A stretch of 58,715 nt of DNA, the filler included, from Ionaspis alba (taxonomy: Eukaryota), in the NCBI GenBank assembly GCA_964255285.1. It is 6 parts of 6 records of this genome, joined end to end, with 100 filler letters (N's around TTAATTAATTAA, not from the genome) between each part and the next. Parts side by side here need not be neighbours in the genome. Positions count along the whole stretch, not along the records: positions 49,038 to 58,715 come from CAXUUL010000654.1; 5 more parts are not named here. One strand, written 5' to 3'. A program made the translations under genes and the position numbers. The notes under the pieces are model-generated. The model searched no databases and had not been told where the DNA came from. It saw nothing but the letters and a program-made list of their open reading frames with translations. Below, piece by piece: positions 51,240 to 58,715 of the stretch (its first letter is position 1; each line of letters begins with the position of its first letter).

Positions 51240-53046
51240 TCAGACCTTGCCCGCAGTAATATCCTCCGATCCCCTTGAAGACGCCGCATCCGAAACATTG
51301 ATCTTCTCCCCCTCCTCAGTCTTCGTCTCCCTGACACTCCACCTGCGAATCACATGGCCCTTCCACGCCAGCACTCCCACCATCATCCCAGCAAAGACGC
51401 AAAAGAAAGCCGCCATACCGAACAACCACCCAGGACCACCGACAGCCTCCTTCCACGGCTCAAAGAAGAACGGCAACGCGAGCCCGAAAGCAATGCGGTA
51501 CATGTTGAAAGCGATAGCTGTCTCATTAGGCGATGTGATGTAGCACTCGATGAGATAGTTGAGCCCCACCGGAACCGACAGAATAGCCGTGAAATTGACG
51601 ATGTAGGAGCCGAGCGCCAGGACCATGTAGTGGAGATGGTATTGAAGGGCGGCTCCGAAGATGCCAAGACCGATTGGTGTGAGCAGGACTGGGAGGAACA
51701 TATTCCAGAGTCTGTACTCGGGATGCCAGACGCCGTTGCTGAAGCGGCGGGAGGCCCAGAGGGGGATTTTGTCGCCCATGAGGACGCCGGCTAGTTGGGC
51801 GCTGAGGAGACCGATCCAGGCTACGAATGTGACTGTTACAGAGGTCTAGTATTAGAACGTCTTCTGCAAAATGGCTGTCAAAGGATGATTCGGGATTTGT
51901 GACTTACAGTAAGCGTTTCGTAGAGGAGTAAAGCCATAACCTCCGGCTGAAGGAGGCGTTTGCAGAAAGATGGTACTCAGGACTGTGAGCATTATGGTGA
52001 AGCCAAATGCCACGAACGTGTAGCCACCAGCAATGATTGCTATTGGTGAAGCCGCAATCTTGAATGGTGCAATCGCGCGTTCGACCTAGAAATCGCCATC
52101 TTCAGCTCCTACACATGAAACTATAGCTGGATAACTCACGAAGTCAGCACCACTAATGCGTGGCACAACCTTAGTTCCAGGCAAGAAAGTAGCAATCCTA
52201 TCAGGAACAAAGGACTGTGGCCGATCCGGGTACCGCACCGCGACATCTCCTCTCGTGAACCCGGTTTCCTTCAAGAAAAAGAAGACCAGAATAACCGCCA
52301 GCCCAATCGGACCTATAGTCCACCAGAGGGTATACGGCCAGGGATTATTCTGCACGATAAACCCGCCAATAGTAGGACTAGCCACAATCCCCAGCACAAA
52401 ACTCAACTCCAAGCAGGTAAACGCCTTCCCACGCTGATGCAGAAAAAAGATATCCATAACATAAGACGGGGCAATCATAGAAGTCATCCCGCCAAACAAG
52501 CCAGCCATCATGCGCGACATCACGAACGCGATATAATCATTCGTATGTGTCATCGAAGCGCCCCAGATCTGGCAGACGATGGTGAGGAGCAGGCTCCAGA
52601 AGATGACAGAGCTTCGACCGACGACGCGGGTCAGAGGGAGGAAGATGAGAGGTCCGACGAAGAGACCTGCGACTGCGGCGGGGACGGAGTAGGAGAGTTG
52701 GATGGGCGTTTTGCCTATGTAGGTTTTTCGTTGCAGGACGTAAGCTAGTTGGTGGCAGACTGGGGCGAGGGTGCCGCCGAAGGAGGCGAAACAGAGGACG
52801 GCTAGCATGGTGTATTTTTTGCGGTTTGACCAGTTCTAGGATCTGTTAGCCGGGGAAATTCAATCTATAAGCTTAGGAGTAGAGTGGAGGCAGAAGTATT
52901 GGACGTACCAATGGATCTTGGGGATCATTGCTGGGCTGTGGGATCAGGACAATGGCACCTTGAGTGCTTTTGCGCGTGGTCTTCAGTTCGTGGTCTTCCA
53001 TGACTGCGATGTGACCGCTCTTGGTTGAAGACTCCAGATCACTCAT
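51240..53046 (-). CDS. MFS transporter (DHA1/HOL1-like), multi-exon
   Basis: LIPQPSNDPQDPL|NWSNRKK, VVGRSSV, DIFFLHQRGKAF, LKETGF, VWHPEYRL; many TM segments. Confidence 0.92.
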
Positions 53047-54347
53047 GGTAGCAGTGGTATTAGTACTGGACAAACAAGCGTTCCTTCCTCAATTGGATGT
53101 CTACAAGCCGAGGTTTCTTTTATTCGACTCCAAACAGTGAAAGCAACATTCACGCAAAGGAGAGCCGACGATGAGAGGAAACCCGACACGACGGACATTG
53201 GGGACCCAAGCGTCTAGATAAAGCCCTCATTTTAGCAGCTCGCATGAAAAAGTAAGTCTCGGACGCTTCGCAGCAAGCAAGGACGGCGAACGGACCAAAA
53301 CCCGTCGGGGAACTGAACGCGTTTAGAGTGCTTGGAAAAACGCAAAAGATCCCGGTAGACCATGTGTGGTTAGATGAACATGTCGAGGAATGCCGAAGGG
53401 CAATTGGATAAAAGGTGCGTGACACAGCATCGGTGGCAGAACCAGCCCCCGATGCGATGCAGGAGGTTGGGTCAAAGGGTATCCGCTACTGCAGCGATGA
53501 GTTGGAAAGGAAAACCTATAGCTATCGAGGCCCGTACAACTGGCATTTCGACGATAGCGCTTACTGGATCCAGAGGCTACAGAGACGCAATAGCCCAGCT
53601 CTTGCAGTGGGCTAGATTGTCAATTGGAAGATGAGCGCCATAGCCTGGACTTGGGGCCATTGGAATCTCTGTGTTGTCAACTGTGCGGCGAGTAGGAAGC
53701 GGCCCGTTGGCGGGTGCGATTTCTCGAGCTACTGCTTGCCATTTCACGCCAGTTCTACGCCATCCGCACCAAAGGTGTGGGAAGTAGTGACAGGGAGGGC
53801 GACGCAATAGCCGTTTGCTAGCTTTTCGACAAGGGTTACTAGCGTTAGATGGCTGACAGTCGCTCCTTTCGGGGAAGTCCCATTATTTATAAGCAACCTT
53901 TCCCGGCAGTTGAGAAATGAGTCGGGAGATTGCAAGGAAAACGTGGAGGATATACATCTGCGAAAGGCATTGAGCGACTTGAAGAAGACAAATCGTGTCA
54001 AAGCTTTGTTGTTGTAGTCGGAAAAGGATTTCATGTCTCGATGCATCGACAGCAGCACCACGGGAACGATAGCTAAGGCAAACTCGGCTAATAGTCAACA
54101 GTCGCCTGTGGCTTGGAAGGGCACAAGCTAGCACCGCGCACAACGTAGAGCATTCATTGAGCCCAACTGAGTTTGGTATAACGTTACTAATGTTATTCGA
54201 CGCGATTGACGCTGCCACGGGGAAGCGACGGAATAGAAAAGCTAAGTACAGATTTGTTGTACACCCCGATAGCGGAGCGTGGTCTTGAGATAATACTACT
54301 CGCTGTTGAGAATGAAGAAAGAGACGCTCTCAAATGCCCAGGAATGG

Positions 54348-55705
54348 TCAAAAGAGGCTGGATCGGCATTCCCTTCCGTCATCCTGTCTGTGAGCCATGA
54401 CCTTTTCGAGAAAGCTTGGGTGCTCCCAGCAGCGCCCTGCCTCGAGATCAGACGCTGCACGATCATCGATGCTTATCTCGGTGGTCTTGCTAATGCTGAA
54501 TCTTTTCAATGGAACGATCCTGTCTGTGCCACTTTCTGCCTTCTTGTAGGGATGGGTCTGGCCATTGAAGGCTCGTGCCGAGTTTTTGCCTTTGGTAAAG
54601 CTCGACTTGTCCAACCGTAAGGCCTTGTTGAAGAATTGCCGAAGAGCAGGCATGCATGCGACGATTAGACCGAGCCTCAACTCTAGGCTGAATGATCGTT
54701 TAGAGGAAGAATGTGTTAAATGATGTTGTGTCAGGGACTTACGAGGCCCAGATTTCGACCGGTACTAAGGTCCCTAGCAAGTGTGTCAGTGCGGTTGGCT
54801 GGATAAGAGCCTATTGGCAGAAACCCACAAGTGATGTCTTCGCCGAGGTACTCTACGGTCACGGTCTTCCCGATTGCACAAGCGGCGGTGCTACCACTGT
54901 ATGAGCCAAAATAGTCAACGATTCTTTGTTGTGCTTACATCAAGCCAAGGCCGATGATTACACAAAGCGCGACTTTAGTGCGCAGGTTGATACGGAGTCC
55001 CTTCAAGATGAAAATAGGTACAAGCACACACATAAAGTCTGTGACGGTGCCGATGACTAGACATCTTGTCAGCTGCTTATTGCTTGATAGAAATCCCTCT
55101 CTTACCACCAAACGCTCTAGTGAGCGCAGTCTCGACTTTGGGGTTGATGCAGCTGCTTGGTATGTGTTTATTCCAGATACCTTCGAATGGAATGCACTGA
55201 ACACACAGGGTGACGATCGCTGCGACTGTGACTGTGGTCAAAACAGCCATCATTCCATACACAACTTTGGTAATGATCCGATGAGTCCTGGACATGATCC
55301 TGAGTATAAAGAAGCAGACTGAGATCTTCACAAAGTAGACACCGAGATAGCTTGCTAGCACATCGATAGTGGTGAATTTGATCACTTGAGGGATGTCTGC
55401 TTTCTCAATGTACTCGATATGCCTTCCGAAGCCGTAGTGGACTTGAAAAGCACTGAAGACAGCTCCTGTGATCGAACATGCCTAAGCTTCGTTAGCCACT
55501 AGGACGGCTGTGTTCACCCTAGACAGACCAGTGCCACTAAGATTGTATAGTCAGACCAATCGAGCGCAGTGCGTAGGACGAGTCGGGTATACACCCGCAA
55601 CGAAGTTATACAGATGCCCAAAGCGACGGAAACCCAAGTCACGGTTAGTACTAATGGACCTCTATTCTCGTCAGGAGGCCAAGAGGAGATTGATGACTCT
55701 GCCAT
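54348..55705 (-). CDS. PTH11-like (fungal rhodopsin-domain) integral membrane protein without CFEM domain, multi-exon
   Basis: DENRGP..LRVYTR..LDWSDYTI, YGFGRHI, VKISVCFFILRI, QCIPFEGIW..C, TDFMCVLVPI, TKVAL, GLIVACMPALRQFF. Confidence 0.9.
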
Positions 55706-56304
55706 GATAAGCTAAGAGTGGGCAAAGGCAGAACATGCAAAGACCCTCACCTTGAGGCTGGGAGCATGGCTATTATAAGTAGAAGCCCGATGGAAGAGTT
55801 CCAACAGGACATCCAAGCACACTGCAAGCCACCATAATTGCAAAACACATCCTGGATTCTCATGTTGATACTTATCTTCTGCTGCCAGAATTGAAGCTGA
55901 TACTAGCTTGACAATCTGCCCGCCCCTGACGGGGGTCCGAGGGAGGTGCGAGGGGTTTGACCCTAGTTTTTGCTGCCTTATCGCTTGGCATGGTATGGCT
56001 TTGGTACATCCTTGATAGAACAAAAATAACGGTATTCTGCACTTCGTTGCCTTTGGCCTTTAGGGATGTTATTGGGAGCTTGCTGGTAGATCCTTCAGCG
56101 TGGAAGCCCAGATCGGCGTCATTCAGAGGCACAGCTTTGCAGCCCCTTCGAGGGGAAGTTTCAATATTGGTATCTCATGCATGATACGTTATCTTGCATC
56201 ACAATGGTATAGTCTTTCTTGCCAATCTGATAGCTTCGGCTGTAGAAAAGTTGTTGCAGAGCCCACTCATGTGGAAACTGTGGTGTGATGAGCCGGGATC
56301 GGGT

Positions 56305-56320
56305 AGCGGGTCGACCCGCT
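56305..56320. repeat. Perfect 16-bp GC-rich palindrome AGCGGGTCGACCCGCT
   Basis: Read directly; the flanking CGGG and CCCG extend the stem with one bulge. Confidence 0.8.
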
Positions 56321-56960
56321 CCCGTGGACATGGATGAGCAGATTTAAGGTTACACAAGCTTCAGAACCCCTGTGATTATGGTGCTCCCAAGAACGGAGCT
56401 TCATAATCACCGACTTTGTGAAGAGGCGATCCAACCTTTGATGCAGGGTCTAGTGATTGAAGATGTATGTACGGCACGATATACCCTGTGGTAGTGTTTG
56501 AAGGATGCGAAGGCGTCTGTGCCGCAGCCAGAAGCTCTCCATGTTTCCGCCAATGGAAGAGTAGATCTTAATCCACGCGGTCTTCACCAACTCAGAAGCC
56601 TGGAAGTTGTGTTTCAGAGTACGGAACCATGCTTAGAATGCTGCAATAATGGTAATAGAAAGACTTGCGAGGGTTAGTGTCATGGTTGATGCGTAGATGT
56701 CTGTATACCGTTTTCGACGTAGTCTGCCGGGATCCGGGAATGATATGTACCCAGTGGCCGGGATTGAATGGCATCGCCAGCTGGTATTCCAACGATCTCG
56801 CAGCGGTATTCTGGAAGATCCTGCAGCATAAGTCGCTGTCGACGATACGAAGGCAAAGATGAGTTGTCTCAAGCTAGTAGAAGTGCAAATGTCTTCAGAA
56901 ACAAAGTTCAAGCGTGTTTTTCATACCAGGGAGGCTTTGCGTACTCAGAAGGGGAAGTTC

Positions 56961-58074
56961 TCATGAGGGCTTTCTTCCGACAACTGTAATACGATCCATG
57001 GTCCAAGTCACTCCTTCGCGACTTTCTTCAACAGCCTTCACCAGCAGCTCACGACCGTGCATGCCTTCCTTCTCTCCAAGCCTATCCAGGAAAGCACGCG
57101 TCAGCTCATCATAAGTCATGAGAATGAGATCATGCTGGTAGGTGTAATGACTTGGAGTCGTTGGATGGCAGTCAGCTGTGACCTCTTCAAGTCCATTGGC
57201 TTTGAATATGGTTTCGAGTTTAGTGGCCCAGCTATGCATACATTTAATCAATACGTTCTACGGAGCATATGAACAACGATACTCACAAAGGGGTCTTCAC
57301 AGCTCCGGTGATAAATTTCTGTAACGCGACCACATTGTCGGTAGAATTGGAAGAACGGGCCCGGACAACCTTTCGTTTGGGGAGATCATATTCGCCCCAT
57401 TGTATAAACCCTCCTGGTTCTATAGCATGGCAAATCCAATTAGCGAACTCTCCACTCGTGACCAATAGTATACAGTGTAACCCGAGCAAAGGACAAGAAC
57501 GCTTTCAACTTACTGATCATTTTCATGAGGTTGAGTAAAGCTGGAGCAATTTCACTATCCTTGATGACGAGAATCATATGCCGAACGTGGACAACATCGT
57601 ATTGCCCAATCAGATGCTCAGGAATTGGTTTCAAAGCATCAAGCTGGTACATAGACACGTTCGGAAGTAGCCATTCTCTCGGAGGATATTGAGTAGTATC
57701 AATGTCAAAGCCATGTAATTGTGCAGTGGATGGGAGAGTAGGCGCAAGCTCCGCGAGCCAGATACTAGACAACCATCAGCTAAATGGAAAGACATCTTTC
57801 AATTCTAGTCCGTACCCAGTGCCGGTGCCAATCTCTGCAACCATCAAGTTCTCCTTGTCCACTGGAATGCTTGAATGTAGGAGATAGCCAACATGCTCTT
57901 TCCATATGTAGTGTTGCAAGTTCAACCTGGTTCAGCAAAATGAGCTTGGCTCAGAACCAAATGCTCCACCAGAGACGTGGGATCGAGGTTCATCTGCCGG
58001 GATGCCTACCTGACAGATGCGGCCACTCCTCGCGCGAGCAGGTAATCTCCTTCCTTAGAAGAATTTTCTGACAT
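56961..58074 (-). CDS. Class I SAM-dependent methyltransferase (LaeA-like family), multi-exon
   Basis: MSENSSKEGDYLLARGVAASVR|LNLQHYIW..VAEIGTGTG|IWL..LHGFDID..YDVVHVRH..EPGGFIQWGE. Confidence 0.9.
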
Positions 58075-58715
58075 GATCGCGTTTGAAGAAAGTTGGGGGG
58101 AGGATGTAGTTCGAGACAGCGGCCATCGAAGACATGTAGAATATTCGGCGCCATTTGATATAGAGCCTAGGACGACGAAGGATCGTCAATCGATCAGGTT
58201 CAATTCGCTTTAGAAACGTTGTGTGCATTAGCGCAGGAGAGTCCTCGAACATATCCCACGGTTGGCCTGCATGGCAGCATATGCATGGAAGTGACTGCAA
58301 ATATGAGGCGTACCCATGAGTGAAATGGGCTAAAACTGGGAGCGCAACGATAACGCGTCGAGGCTAACCAACCTGAGGAACGAAGGCTTCGACTTCTTTC
58401 CACCAACATACCTTATTTAATCAACATGAGATCGACGACTCACAGATGCCCGATTCCCAAAACCTGTAGTCGATGGAAAACACGCTGTTGGTGTTACTAG
58501 CAATGTCCTCCTCAAGATGTGTATGACAAGCCACAAACAAGATCATATCTCTCTGGGGGCCGATGTGGACGGAGGCAGCATCTCTGGTTGAAAAGTAAGG
58601 AGGTGGTATAGAAATGCATGTGTATGAGACATGAGTGGTGTCAAATCACGTCTTTATTGAAGTATCTTGTCCCTGTCCGCTCACAACTCGTACCTGCTCC
58701 TTTAGTCGACTCTGT

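Noticed and set aside
39252..58715. One large cluster joining the terpene synthase/P450 with the esterase, MFS and methyltransferase
   Set aside because: The artificial linker at 48938-49037 separates them; adjacency comes from size sorting.

Overview
Filamentous ascomycete (Pezizomycotina) genomic DNA with intron-containing genes. The window is not one locus. It is six contigs of decreasing length (9741, 9712, 9701, 9697, 9686, 9678 bp) joined by 100-bp N44-TTAATTAATTAA-N44 linkers, so neighbourhoods are only meaningful within a segment. Seg1: orphan F-box-like protein, stand-alone BRCT protein, stuA. Seg2: F-box-like protein, UMP-CMP kinase preceded by a mitochondrial-type small ORF, GH5 mannanase, small orphan ORFs. 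Seg3: RAV1 and SFI1. Seg4: histidine phosphatase with an intron-split start codon, probable pseudo-hydrolase, two F-box proteins, 5' end of a MAM3-like gene. Seg5 (best candidate for a new system): a divergent cytochrome P450 plus bifunctional class II/class I diterpene synthase sharing a 408-bp promoter with two CCGA-N6-TCGG palindromes, with a MITE on one side and an orphan gene and a kinase-like pseudogene on the other. Seg6: lipase/esterase, MFS transporter, PTH11-like membrane protein, SAM methyltransferase. All family calls are from motif recognition; no database search was run.
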